DNA of 64,000 bases from Octopus bimaculoides (GCF_001194135.2 NC_068988.1:40973241-41037240), one strand, 5' to 3'; shown: positions 40,793 through 54,687, numbered from the stretch's first letter. Translations and numbers: made by a program. The notes: generated by a model from the sequence alone, not told the origin.

Positions 40793-41001
40793 CCTTTCTT
40801 TTATATACACATGGCCTGAAATTTTGGAGGAGGAGGCTAGTCGATTACATTGATCCCAATGCGTAGCTGGTACTTATTTCATCGACCCCGAAAGGATGAA
40901 AGCAAAGGCTGACCTCGGCAGAATTTGAACTCAGAACGTAGCGACGGGCAAAATACTGTTAAGCATTTCGTCAAGCGTGCTGATTCTGCAGCTCGCAGCC
41001 C
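40793..41001 (-). mobile_element. tRNA-derived SINE (family A) with an (ATT)n tail
   Basis: Same core (ctggtacttatttcatcgaccccgaaaggatgaaagc), preceded on + by an (AAT)n run. Confidence 0.85.
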
Positions 41002-41641
41002 TAGTCTATCTATGTCATCAAACTGATATCGTAGTGGCTGGAACGCCTTGGTCATACATCTATCGAAACAGAACCAACTTCGAGCTAAACAGCAACAGCA
41101 AACATAAAGTAAAATGAAAACAATAAACAAAATGGAAGACATAAAAATCAAAATAATAGAGTAGAGGATAAAAGAAACTGAAGACACGAGGAGAATGTCG
41201 AAATAGATGCTTATATGTTCATGAGAATGCGTGTCTGTAAGTATGTGTGTGTGTAGAAATATTTTGAGGAAGCTATTTTAAATCTTTAATAGCCTTACTG
41301 TATCATCTCCAATCTATCCCGCTGTGGTTCGCCTGTTATATTTTAAACTCACTCCTCTTCTCGCAGTTTAATCGACATCATCAAACTACGTTTAGCTATC
41401 TAACAACAAACAACGTGACCACACAACCGTAACAGTCTTTTCACCTTTCTTTCTCTCCTAACATTGAAAACACCTATATAACAACAGTAACAACAGTAGC
41501 ACACACACAGAAACATATACTCATACATACATACATACATACATACATACATACATACATAGTACGTACGTACGTACGTACGTACAAACATACATACATA
41601 CGAACGTACGTACACACATACATACATACATACATATATGT

Positions 41642-42010
41642 TGGCATTCTGTCGCTTACGACGTCGAGGGTTCCAGTTGATCCGATCAACGGAACAGCCT
41701 GCTCGTGAAATTAACGTGCAAGTGGCTGAGCACTCTACAGACACGTGTACCCTTAATGTAGTTCTCGGGGATATTCAGCGTGACACAGTGTGATAAGGCT
41801 GGCCCTTTGAATTACAAGCACAACAGAAACAGGAAGTAAGAGTGAGAGGAAGTTGTGGTGGAAGAGTACAGCAGGGTTCGCCACCATCCCCTGCCAGAGC
41901 CTCGTGGAGCCTTAGGTGTTTTCGCTCAATAAACACTCACAACGCTCGATCTGGGAATCGAAACCATGATCCTATGACTGCGAGTCCACTGGGCCATTGC
42001 GCCTCCACAC
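41642..42010 (-). mobile_element. tRNA-derived SINE (family C variant core)
   Basis: Minus strand starts gtgtggaggcgcaaTGGCCCAGTGG...GGTTTCGATTCCc. Its 3' tail is shared with the 51367-51687 copy. Confidence 0.82.
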
Positions 42011-42760
42011 ATACATACACACATACATACATACATACATACATACATACATACATACATACATACATACATACATACATACATGATGGTTTCATACTTG
42101 AATATTGCTATCGCCTGATCGGAATTCCTACACATGCGAAGACTATGACCAGCCATTTTTATGATAGGTCTTACTTTTTTTTCTTTTCAAATACCTGTGC
42201 ATGATTTTTTTTTATAGTGAGGAAAGGATTTGAACAAATTCAGTCCCACTCTCTGAACATGGACAGCATAAACAGCGGAGGGGCTTCCCACTCTCAGTGG
42301 ACCAACAGCGCGCCTGGACCCCAACCTAGGTACTTCCACGTCCCCGCGCATACATACAAGCATAGATAAACATGTACACATATTGTTGGATAGCCGTTGA
42401 CTGCTCATAAGCTCTTCCGCCCTTTGACAGCTCTTATTTTTCGTCTTGCAGGATGTCCAGCAATCACCCTCCTCACCAAGCAAGCTCTTGGACGCTACTG
42501 GTAACATGTAACTCAATATAACCTGTTGCATGGTCGGGTCATCGGCGACTAAACATCAAGCTTGCATACGTACATACATACAAACATACAAACATACATA
42601 CATACATACATACATGCATACATACTTACACACATACGTTCATGTGTGTGTGTGTGTGTGGAAAGAAGCTTGTTTCGATTTCAAGGAAATTCGACCACGG
42701 CGGAATTGGAACTGAAAACGTAAAGACGTGCAAAATGTCGCCAAATATTTTGTACGGCGT

Positions 42761-42829
<69 letters not shown>

Positions 42830-42830
42830 T

Positions 42831-42918
<88 letters not shown>

Positions 42919-43831
42919 AATGCATAGGAAACATCTATACTCTCTCCTTAACAGCACACGTTCACAGATAGCTATACCTACAGTGAGAGAGGTGGGGAGA
43001 CAGACACACACACATACGCACACGCAGATGGTGAAAGAAAGAAAGAAAAAGAAAAAAGAATGAAAGAAAGAAAGAAAGAATGTGGAAAGTAGGCAGGCAA
43101 GAAGGCAGGCAGACAGGAAAGCAAGCAGGCAAGCAGACATGCAGACAAGCAGGCAGGCAGGTATAGTCATCTTTTACGCTTTCTTTGCATTGCAACATCC
43201 AAAGAATAGAGCTTTTTTTGTCACGGCAGAACAATAACAAGAATGAAAAGCGACAGTCCTACTCTCGAGTGTAGACGGGACATATAATCACACGCACACA
43301 GGCGTAAACACAATAATAAGCGTATATATAAACAAACAGTCACTGATATATATGTATACATAAATACATTTATACAATAATGACATACATATGAATGCAT
43401 ACTTACATACACAGAGCCACACAAACGGGTAGGTATGTATTATATTCTATAAAATATAATAAGAAGGAAGAGAAAGTTGAGCCGTATGGGGGTGATACTT
43501 GACAAGGTACTCAAATAATATAATTCAGCGTACAGAGTTAAAAACAAGAGGGAGGTTCGCATACAATGCGTGCTTCAAAAACAAGGAAAAACAAATAAGA
43601 AAGAAAACACAACGGGCGAATAAAAAGAGATTGGATGAAAAGAGGCTTTAGTGTTGGCTATTCTGTCATCCCTGGTTTTGTATCTTATTTATTTACGCCT
43701 TTCTATAAAAGAAACAGGATGTAGCAAAAGGAAATAGAGACCGGGTCTCACAACCTCATTGAATACATACATAGATGCATACATACGTACATACATACAT
43801 ACATACATAAATTCATATATATATATGTGTG

Positions 43832-43889
<58 letters not shown>

Positions 43890-44316
43890 GGATTTGGTTT
43901 ACAAGATTCTTTATGTGAGTTCGTGTGTTGAAGCATATTCTGTTGTGTCTGGGGAGAGTCATTTCCTTTTTGTGCCGTATAATTTAACACACTCACCGGT
44001 AAAATCTCCACTTATTCCTTATTTTCATTTTCTTAAAATTTTCGTTGCAACCTTTTTATTAAATCATTTCAGAATACGAAAATTTGACATGCTTTAACTG
44101 AAGACGTATGTAATGGAAGAATTATTTCTTACTTGCTTAATTATCCGAAACACTTGTATCAAATACATTCACAGCATTATTATTTGGTTTTACTTTATTA
44201 TTATATGCTATACGATTCCAAAGAATTGCAATCTAGCTCGTCCTTGCTTTGTTTACACAAGACATCTAGCAATGCTGTATTCAAGAATGTATGTACATAT
44301 ATATATATATACATAC

Positions 44317-44365
<49 letters not shown>

Positions 44366-45556
44366 NNNNNNNNNNATACGATTCCAAAGAATTGCAATCT
44401 AGCTCGTCCTTGCTTTGTTTACACAAGACATCTAGCAATGCTGTATTCAAGAATGTATGTACATATATATATATATACATACATATATATATATATATGT
44501 ATGGGGCTGGCCAGATTGGAGCAATTTCGAGTATAACAAGCTGAAATTGCAAAGATAATCTGGAACTCGATGAGGAATTGTTGGGTAGTCGCCAACAAAT
44601 TGCGTTCTCTTCACTAATAATTGTGGTAAGCGCGCGAAATAATATGCTTAATGGAATAATTTTAATAACTATTTAATTAAATTTTAATAATTATTTGGTT
44701 TAATATCTACTTCTACATACGTACTTGCATATATATGTGTATAGATTATATATAGTACTCTTTCTTAGTATAGAAATGCATGATCCAACAAACAATTACA
44801 TAGCTCAGGTGTCACAAAACTACGGCCCGCGAGGTCAGTTCATCCCGCCCGCAGCCGCTCTATACCTTTTGTGTAAGTACCTGCATTTACCTCTGGTATG
44901 GCATCGGTGCTTGAAACAATTTATGTCTGTGAGCTGACATTTTCAAAAATGAAGTATGTGAAGTCAGCACATTGAATGAGGTTGACTAATGAACATTTAA
45001 AAGCAATTCTCTTGGTTGTATGCCGCAATTCCAAAGCAAATATAGATGATATCTTAAAAGCTAAACACCAATTTCACAAATCTCACTAACCTTTTTGACT
45101 GCTTAGTTTGTGAGATTCGGATATATTCGCACTTGGTATGCTATAACTATCTTATTGCTAACGTTGCCTTCTTTGAGAACTCTTTGGTGAATAAATATGT
45201 TGGTTATCTTTATTTTTTGTGTGTTCACTGTATTGTATTAAACAAAATGGTTATGCGGCCCGCTCACGTCGTTCTCTCAGTTATCAGGCTCACCGTGAAA
45301 AACGTAAGGTGACCCTTGACATAGCTCGATAGTTTTTCAGAATATCGTTACAGTAGTCAGACTCTCAGACAATTCATTTATATAATGAAATATTATGTTT
45401 GTATGTATGTATGTATGTATCATATATAACTATGAAGAACAGCATGTAAATATTGGGTTGTAAAAACCCTTATGGATAGAAAAGGTCGAAGGCAGATCGA
45501 TATACGTATACATGCATATGCATGGAGGTATGTTTGTAATATTTGTAAGCATGTTG

Positions 45557-45773
45557 AAGCGGCGAGCAGACAGAAACTTTAGCATGCCGGGCGAAATGAT
45601 ATTTCGTGACATTTCGTCTGTCTTTACGTTCTAAGTTCAAATTCCGCCGAGGTCGACTTTGCCTTTTATCCTTTCGGGGTCGATAAATTAAGTACCAGTT
45701 GCGTACTGGAGTCAATCTAATCGACTGGCCCCCTCCCAAAAAATTTCGGGCCTTGTGCCGAGAGTAGAAAAGA
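45557..45773 (+). mobile_element. tRNA-derived SINE (family A), sense copy
   Basis: A-box-like ggcgagcagacagaa, B-box aagttcaaattcc, core gcctttt.atcctttcggggtcgataaattaagtaccag, tail gggccttgtgcc...gtagaaaag. Confidence 0.9.
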
Positions 45774-46103
45774 ATATTTGTAATCATGTATTCGTGCGAA
45801 TATGTTTGAGAAAGAGAGAGTGAGTGAGAGNNNNNNNNNNNNNNNNNNNNNNNNNNNNNNNNNNNNNNNNNNNNNNNNNNNNNNNNNNNNNNNNNNNNNN
45901 NNNNNNNNNNNNNNNNNNNNNNNNNNNNNNNNNNNNNNNNNNNNNNNNNNNNNNNNNNNNNNNNNNNNNNNNNNNNNNNNNNNNNNNNNNNNNNNNNNNN
46001 NNNNNNNNNNNNNNNNNNNNNNNNNNNNNNNNNNNNNNNNNNNNNNNNNNNNNNNNNNNNNNNNNNNNNNNNNNNNNNNNNNNNNNNNNNNNNNNNNNNN
46101 NNN

Positions 46104-46150
<47 letters not shown>

Positions 46151-47629
46151 CTGTTCATTCCGGTTCAGTTCCAACAAGCTGATACATGAGCAAAAGAGCC
46201 CTAGCCATGAACACCCTCACTTTTCTCAGATATTTGGATTACATTATTTAATGTGTCCGATGGGATTGAAATGTGAAGGAATTTGACTGTTATTTACAAC
46301 AGATTGAACAGTCATACAGAGGACGAATAGACGTTCATGAGTGAACAATATTTGTTGATTACCTCTCTACAGTGACGTAATTATGAGGACTTGTTATCAA
46401 AAGCATTCAAGCCGTGACATAGCATATATTTATATGTATGTTCAGTGTAGCATACATTTGAGAAGCGGCTTTTCTTTGTAAGATATTTAGGTGTTATGTT
46501 TTGAAAGTCAAGTGACAACGCAGAGGTTTACAAAACGCGGGAAAAGATATCAGAGTAACAGTTTGATTTTATTCTATTACCAGTGACTCACATTGGTAAA
46601 AAAAAAAAGAAAAAAGAATCATTCTGAAAACAGATTCATCACAACAGTTTTATTAGTATTTTTTTTCGGCTCTTCCTTATATACATATATAAATATAAAT
46701 ACATACACACAAATATATATATATATATATATATATANNNNNNNNNNNNNNNNNNNNNNNNNNNNNNNNNNNNNNNNNNNNNNNNNNNNNNNNNNNNNNN
46801 NNNNNNNNNNNNNNNNNNNNNNNNNNNNNNNNNNNNNNNNNNNNNNNNNNNNNNNNNNNNNNNNNNNNNNNNNNNNNNNNNNNNNNNNNNNNNNNNNNNN
46901 NNNNNNNNNNNNNNNNNNNNNNNNNNNNNNNNNNNNNNNNNNNNNNNNNNNNNNNNNNNNNNNNNNNNNNNNNNNNNNNNNNNNNNNNNNNNNNNNNNNN
47001 NNNNNNNNNNNNNNNNNNNNNNNNNNNNNNNNNNNNNNNNNNNNNNNNNNNNNNNNNNNNNNNNNNNNNNNNNNNNNNNNNNNNNNNNNNNNNNNNNNNN
47101 NNNNNNNNNNNNNNNNNNNNNNNNNNNNNNNNNNNNNNNNNNNNNNNNNNNNNNNNNNNNNNNNNNNNNNNNNNNNATATATATATATATATAGTAACAG
47201 AAAGGGAGGAATTTCGATTATCCCTACGTGGTAAGCTGTATTATATATAAGAAATTAAAGAAGGAAAATGCTCACACTTTACTTAGTTTTAATATAATTT
47301 TTAATATATCTTGTATTGTGTTTGTCGACCGTTTTTCCTTTCGTTATTCATCACATTAAAATTTATTTAAATACGTATTTTCTTTAGAAGAAATTTTTCG
47401 GTCCATGTTGTGTGTAAAATTTATGAGTGAATGATTCAACAAGCAGAAAAATCTAAGGGAAAGTAATTGGTTATCGTTATTATTGTCGACAGGGGAGATA
47501 ATTTTCAGCTTTCGGTAGAGGGAGGGGAATATATATATATATACACAAAAATTCAAGAACTGGATTAGTGGGGAGAAATATATACTGTGATGGGTATGTA
47601 ATCGTGAATTGGAATATGTAAAGAGATCA

Positions 47630-49865
47630 AAGTTGGTTATGCGTGATATTTAGACGTTTTCTGTATTTTTCGATGAAAAACTTTTTCTATTTCAACGTTC
47701 TTGTAAAGAAATTGTATCTTTGCGCTGGTAGGAGGGGAAAACTGTGAAACTTGCTTTGATGTTACCTGCACATTTCTCTATGTGTTCACTTAAAGGGATT
47801 TGTCTGTATTGCGGGAAATGGATCTGCTTTTTATGTAGAGTGGTTCTCCGTCTTAATGTCATACTCGTCTGTCCTATATAGTGATGTCCACAACCCGAGC
47901 AGGTTATTACATAAATTAGGTTCTCAGAGGTGCAAGTGAAGTTGGTTTTATTTGTGAACCTCTCTCTTTGTTTGAAAAGGAAATCTGAGCCTTCGTGTAG
48001 GTTGCGGCATGTTCCACAGTTTGGGTGACCACATTTTTTAACCGTTGGTTGTTGTGTAAAGCTTCGCATATGTTAGAAGTCTCTTTAGCGATTTGTGTTG
48101 CTCTTTGCATTTGATGAGTTTATGCGCTTTCCGGATATTGTTTATTTTGGGTCTCTAGTTAGTAAAGGGTGATTTTGCACAATAGTATTGTATGCTTCAT
48201 TGTTTCTAAGGTTGTAGGTTGATATATACAGTAGTGTTTTGGGATGAGGCGTGGTGTTATGCTTTGTTGTCCTAGGTGTTTTTATATCTAATTCCTTGGC
48301 GCGCCTAATTCCATCGTCTATAAGTGAGGGTGGATATTATCTTTCAGTTGGTGTTGTTTTGAGGTCTTGAAGAAGAATGTCCCGAGTAGTTTTATCAGAC
48401 ACTATTGTGCAAATCATTTTTGCCAAATTAAAGGGGATATTTATTTTGATGTGTTTCCGGTAGCATGAGCTAAAGAGAAGATATTGAGTCGAGTCCGTTG
48501 GTTTATAATAGATGTCAGTTATAATTTGGTTGTTGACTTTTTTTAATCATAATAATCGAAAATGGGAATTGTTCATTATATTCCATTGTGAATTGAATGT
48601 TACTATTTATATCATTTAGTGTTGATTTGAAGTTCAAAAGTTTGTCAATGGTCTCCTTCGAAATGATAAAACAGTCATCCAGGTATCTTTTCCAGCTTTC
48701 TCTTATGTAAAGGTAAAATGGATAACCATATTTTTGAAGTGAAACTTCATATATGGTGAATAATTCGTTATCAGGTTCGCAAGAACAGGGGCTGCTTTCG
48801 TTCCCATCGCAATTCCGCATTTTTGACAATAGCATGTGTCATCTCAAGTATAAATTTTAAGGATTCAATAATAAAGATCTGATTTATGCTTTCCAGGCGT
48901 ACTTCGGGGTACTATTCCAATCCAGAATTTGATTGCTTCTATTCCATAGTCATGTGGGATGTTGGTGTAAAGAAGGAAACCAATAATTCTTCTTCATTAA
49001 TTGTTTTTGGTAGGTGCTCTAGCATGTCTAAATTGTCTCTAATGAAACTTTTGATGTATTTCAGCAAGGGTTTCAGTAGGATGTCCAGAATATTGCTTAG
49101 GTGGTGGGTCTCGCAGGCTGGGCCAGCTATAATGGGCCTTAAAGTTAAGTCTTCTGGCACTTGGATATTTATGTATTAGCCTGGTGATTGTTTGCAGGAA
49201 TCATTAACTATCTTGCTCTTGTGTATTTTAGGAAGGCTGTAAAAAATACTGCGTTTACATTTGAAGTTCGTGATGTAGTCTGTTTCTTTTTCTGTCAGGC
49301 CTTTTCCATGTAGAAATATTAGAGATGCAAGATTTTTCATTGCTTTTTGTTGTTTATAGTTAACAACTTTTCCGTAGAAGGCATCGTTTTCTAGAATGGA
49401 TAATACTAGGTTTTATATTATTCTGTGTCCATCAGGACTACAGTACTTCCATTGTCTGCCTCTTTAATAGTGAGGTCTTTGTTGCTTTGTAGGTCAATTA
49501 GATTTTTCCATTCTAGATTGTTGAGGTTCGAATTAATTTTTCGCTTATGGAAAGTATTTGGGAAATTTTGGATACGGTCGCAGAAGTCAACTAGTGTTTT
49601 ATTCCTACCTTTATGTGGAAGGTAATTACTTTTGTTTTTAATCAGTGACTCATCTTCGTTATTGTAGTCGGTTAGTGTTTCTGCGAGTCGTAGTTTTCTG
49701 CAGAATTCCGAAATATTCTCTTTAATTTCATCATGGTTAGATCTTCGTGGGGTTAGAGTAAACTTTAATACTTTATCTAGTATAATGATTTCTGTTGATA
49801 AATCTATTACAGTTCTATATTTTAGAGATGATGAATTCTGTACATTATTTACATCATTTACATTT

Positions 49866-49944
<79 letters not shown>

Positions 49945-49978
49945 TTAACCACTACGCAATATGCCCACGGGCATATTT
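47630..49978 (-). mobile_element. Decayed Penelope-like retroelement (Neptune-type): N-terminal region, RT and GIY-YIG endonuclease
   Basis: Minus-strand pieces: LDKVLKFTLTP...FCRKLRLAE...IKEADNGSTVVLMD (PLE N-terminus); LRPIIAGPACETHHLSNILDILLKP and WKRYLDDCFII (RT; YLDD at 48674-48685); KKCGHPNCGTC (Cys linker typical of the Neptune clade); CTSENLIYVITCSGCGHHYIGQT (GIY-YIG). Frameshifted. Confidence 0.92.
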
Positions 49979-49997
49979 TCTTCTGCTCCACATGAAT

Positions 49998-50291
49998 CGT
50001 GGCACCTTGAGCAAGTGTCTTCTACTATAGTCCCGGGCTGACCAAAACGTTGTGTGTTGTATATATGTGTGTTTGTATATGAGTTTGTCCCTCGACCACC
50101 GCTTGACAAATGGTGTCGATGTGTTCATGTCCCCGTTATCTAGCGGTTCAGCAAAAGGGACCGGTAGAATAAGCATCAAGCTCTGCAAAAAAAATAGTAA
50201 TAATAAGTATTGGAGTCGATTTGTTCGACTAAAATACTTCAAGGCGGTGCCCCAGCATGGCCGCAGTCTAATGACTGAAACCAAAAAAGGA
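49998..50291 (+). mobile_element. 5'-truncated SINE (family B)
   Basis: cgtggcaccttgagcaagtgtcttctactatag.cccgggc.gaccaaa...ttcaaggcggtgccccagcatggccgcagtc. Overlaps in sequence with 12932-12978 and 54969-55043. Confidence 0.72.
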
Positions 50292-50518
50292 TTAACAAAG
50301 GATATATATATATATATATAATAATATTATTAGGGACAAAATCCAAAATTACAGGTAAAAAACTCAATTAAAATCAATTTATAAAAAATTAAATTGAGCC
50401 TTATAGATAAAGTATATNNNNNNNNNNNNNNNNNNNNNNNNNNNNNNNNNNNNNNNNNNNNNNNNNNNNATATATATATATATACAAATATATACATACA
50501 TATATATACATGTATATG

Positions 50519-50603
<85 letters not shown>

Positions 50604-50699
50604 TTATTTTGTGTGTGTGTGTGTATAAACATATACATGCATATATATGTATGTATATATTTGTACATATATTTACTCATGTACACTCACACACCGATA

Positions 50700-50950
50700 C
50701 ACTCAGATTTCCAAATAATATATGTTCAAAGTTGTTTCCCACGTTAAGCAATGATATGTTCGTCAACAAATATTCTGTAAGCAGTCATCGATCCGAAACA
50801 AAGTACATTATTATTATTTTCATTAGTATTATATTCTAGAGAAGTAGATGGGTGGTGGCTTACTATGGTGTCTTTTACTTTTGATTTTATTTCATGTGGC
50901 TATTTTTTTGTGATAAGCTATATCATTTTATATGTATAGATACATAAACT
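50700..50950. repeat. Dispersed repeat copy 1 (partner at 54688-54930)
   Basis: tttcccacgtta.gcaat.ata..tt..tcaacaa.tattct.taag...tcatcgatccgaaacaaagtacattat is shared in direct orientation. Confidence 0.75.
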
Positions 50951-51366
50951 TGTTTTTTTCTTTTTTTCGTTCTGCTAAATCAGTAAGATATGACGTGCTA
51001 GTTATTCATATAAACTAGCTCGATACCCGCCGCTTTGCTTGGCGGCAAGAAGGCAAAGAAAAACATTCATTTATATTGTTTGTCCCTGTAAAATCCTACC
51101 TTGTATATAAGATATATTCAGATTAGATACACATATTTTTTAAACTTTTCTTCTCACTATAAACTTTACCTTTATTTTCATTTTCAAGAAAATAGCTATT
51201 TTAAGTGATTTTTGAAATTTATGTTGTCTTTTTCAGTGAAGCTTTCACAAATAATATTTGTTTTAAAATTATTTTGTTCCATATTCTGTAAGCTCGGTAT
51301 AAACATTCTAGAATAAATATAAATAGTTTTAACGGGGGAGTTCAGAGTAGATAAGGTTATAAATAC

Positions 51367-51687
51367 TGGTACTCCGTCGGTTACGACGAAGAGGGTTCCA
51401 GCTGATCCGATCAACGGAACAAGCTGATCGTGAAATTAACGTGTATGTGGCTGAGCACTCCACAGACACATATACCTTTAATGTAGTTCTCAGTGAGATT
51501 CAGCGTCACAGAATATGACAGGACTGGCCCTTTGAAATACGGGTAGTACTCATTTTTCCAGCTAAGTGGAATGGAGCAGCATGAAATAAAGTGTCTTGCT
51601 CAAGGATACAACGAGTCGCCGAGAATCGAACTCACGACCTTGCGATCGTGAGCCGAATAACCTAACTACTAAGCCATTCGCCTTCAC
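51367..51687 (-). mobile_element. tRNA-derived SINE (family C)
   Basis: Head gtgaaggcgaaTGGCTTAGTAG...GAGTTCGATTC, core shared with 2985-3066, tail shared with 41642-41818. Confidence 0.85.
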
Positions 51688-52347
51688 TCTATAAATATTA
51701 TCCTGTAAGATTTTGGGTTGAAGAAAAATCCTTGGGTAGAAAATAGCTGATGGCTGCCCGTAGAACACACACCCACATCTGTGAGAATGACAGACGTGCT
51801 ATTTTTATAATATTTACATTCACTGAGATGACTTCTCTACAAAGAACGTTCCTAGTTAAGCTCTGTATTCAACATTATGAAGTCTTTTGGGTTCTGTAGT
51901 TGAATCCCCTTTGATAAACAAATATTCTCAGGTTTATTGATCGCCAGCTCTGCTAACAGCAACATATAATGGCTTGTGTGTGATCGCAGGAGTCGGAAAA
52001 TGCAATCAACATATGTTTAAACTCATGTTTGTCTCAAATTCTTATTTATCGACATGATAAAAACAGGCCTTATAAAAAATTGCATATGTTTAGAGTAAGA
52101 GATAAATTGGTGTCAGCTAGTAGAATAGAAATCCGAGGACTGATCAGCAGTCTACCAGTATCAATTCCAGTATGTTCGCTGGCCGTTAGTAAATTGCTAG
52201 TTGCATTGAACAGTGTATACAAGTAGCATTACAGTGCTATATCTGGGGTCTAAATTTTCGGGGAAGCATTGCTGAAGATCTTATATTGATTTGATGATTT
52301 AAAGAGACAAAGTGCTTATATTTAAGGATTTCAAAGTTTCTGTAGTA

Positions 52348-52956
52348 GAATTTTCGGATCTATTTTAAAATGGGGGCCACATTTTTCATTAATGTCTTAC
52401 GTAGTGTTTTTGGTACGGAAAGACTTTCAAACTTCGTATACTTATCTATTTTGTGTTATAGAACAGAAAAATATTTTTGTATTCCAATTTATTTCATGTA
52501 AAAAATTGTCTTATTTCGATAATTTCAACCAATCACTGACAAGTATTCAGTTGTTTACATTTACTCCTTTGGCTGATTAAGCGATGTAAAGCGTATTTAA
52601 TCTCCATACCTTCGTTTTATTTGCTTTTTTTATTTTAAATTTGCTTTAACCCTAACCCTAACCCTAACCCTAGAGTTAGGGTAAGGGTTAGGGTTAGGGT
52701 TAGGGTTAATTGTTTCAGAATCGTTTGTTTATGTAGTCGGCACTTAATGTATATCGGCTGAATGGATGTCAGCGATTGGTTGAAATTACAGAAATACGAC
52801 AACTTTAACATGGAATAGCTTATGGATTTCTTTCTTTTTTTAAGAAGACTAAGAGAAAAGGATGTTTTATATGACACATTCTACCAGTGTTCCAAGTTTC
52901 AAAGTATTTCGTTAATGAAAAATGTGGCCCCCGTTTTAAAAAAGATCCGAATTTTC
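52348..52956. mobile_element. ~610-bp foldback (MITE-like) element centred on telomeric hexamers
   Basis: Outer arms gaa.tttcggatct.ttttaaaa.gggggccacatttttcattaa (52348-52392 / about 52911-52956). Inner arms taatttcaaccaatc.ctgaca...ttcag (about 52520-52550 / 52758-52790). Confidence 0.85.
52647..52708. repeat. (TAACCC)4 followed by (TTAGGG)-like x5, a palindromic telomere-repeat block
   Basis: taaccctaaccctaaccctaaccctagagttagggtaagggttagggttagggttagggtta. Confidence 0.95.
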
Positions 52957-54687
52957 TTCTGCGACAGACTGTACATTTCTCTCTGTGATCCCATTTCCAG
53001 GATGTTTATTCTTAATTTCAACGTTACGGTAAACAACCTTGTTGCTTTTTATTCTTAGAATACTTCTTGAAGTCATTCAATGTTCATGTTCGTATTGTGT
53101 TACTAGATTAGTAGAAACAAATTCGCACCACATCTTTCTTGGAATTCAATTTTAGAAAGGTTGGAATTACAATGGTGTCTGGGAAAGGTGGGTCAGTATT
53201 CACAATATTTGAAATTCTTTCCTCGCCATAGAAGAACAAAGCCACAGTGGTATACACCGGAGCTTCGTTCGTGTCATATGATGCACGTGACCAGCTGCAT
53301 CATATAACAGGTTGAAGCAGATTTATACTGAAATGGGAAACTTGAAACGAGAACGGGCTGTCCGCCCAATCTTCAACAATGTGGCAACAATACCTGATGA
53401 AACTACAGCAAGTATAATTCTACCATTTTTTGCGAACGTAGAACAGTCGCATATCCAGTAGAAATGTTTTACCTGTTCCTCACAAGAGCACAAATGTATC
53501 AGCAGCAGGCGAAAACTGTCTAGCAGCAGCAATAGAGATGCTAGACTCCAGAATTTCTGCGTATTTACGCATTATCGGTAGCAAGTATCTACTATCAACC
53601 ACATGCTTACGCAAATTTCGTGTCTATAAATATAGAAAAACAGTGGTTAACAAATCACTAGATTAAAATAGCTGTGAAACTGGGTAAAAGTTCGTTATTA
53701 GCGAAGAATTTAAATGAAACTGACGTGGAGAAAAGAGACATTCCCTTAAAAATACTTTACAACGAAGAAATAAATACAAGCTTGATATAGTCAAACATAC
53801 AAATGGAATTGAAAGAAATATTTATTGAACTCGCAATTTTACTAGGAACATCGAAATGAAAGAATTTCTTCAATAATGATAAGTGTATGTAAATCATTCG
53901 ATAGTCTGCAAATGATATTCTAATAGCCTTATAAATATGTCATTTTTACAAATAAATTTTCAGCTATTATTAAACTGTCCAATGTATCACTATAAAAAAT
54001 AAAATGTAGTCGTTTTTCAAGGCAAGGTGATGTGCTTATATATCGTTGTGACTCATTCTCTGTAATGCATAAAACTGTCGTCACTTTGAGGAGTATTAGA
54101 ATATATACACATGTATATCATATAGATATATCATATTATATAGTACATGTATACTTATATATGCATATACATACACATACACACACAAACATATATATAT
54201 ATATATATATATATANNNNNNNNNNNNNNNNNNNNNNNNNNNNNNNNNNNNNNNNNNNNNNNNNNNNNNNNNNNNNNNNNNNNNNNNNNNNNNNNNNNNN
54301 NNNNNNNNNNNNNNNNNNNNNNNNNNNNNNNNNNNNNNNNNNNNNNNNNNNNNNNNNNNNNNNNNNNNNNNNNNNNNNNNNNNNNNNNNNNNNNNNNNNN
54401 NNNNNNNNNNNNNNNNNNNNNNNNNNNNNNNNNNNNNNNNNNNNNNNNNNNNNNNNNNNNNNNNNNNNNNNNNNNNNNNNNNNNNNNNNNNNNNNNNNNN
54501 NNNNNNNNNNNNNNNNNNNNNNNNNNNNNNTATATATATATATATATGCGTACACATATATGTGCATACGTGTATACATGCATGCATAGTCACATATACA
54601 CACACAAACGCACAAACACACACACACCCCCACACACACACACACATATACACACACACATACACACACACACACATACCGGTAGTA

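Noticed and set aside
44210-44500. Essentially exact ~120-bp direct duplication either side of a 10-N gap
   Set aside because: Near-identical copies abutting a placeholder gap and ending in (TA)n are typical of unmerged contig overlap.
51012-51050. Helitron-like start (actagctcgatacccgccgctttgc)
   Set aside because: Only a short motif; no matching 3' hairpin/CTAG end or second copy was found.
52647-52708. Ancient telomere-telomere fusion site
   Set aside because: The orientation (CCCTAA then TTAGGG) is opposite to a fusion, the array is very short, and it sits at the centre of a foldback element.
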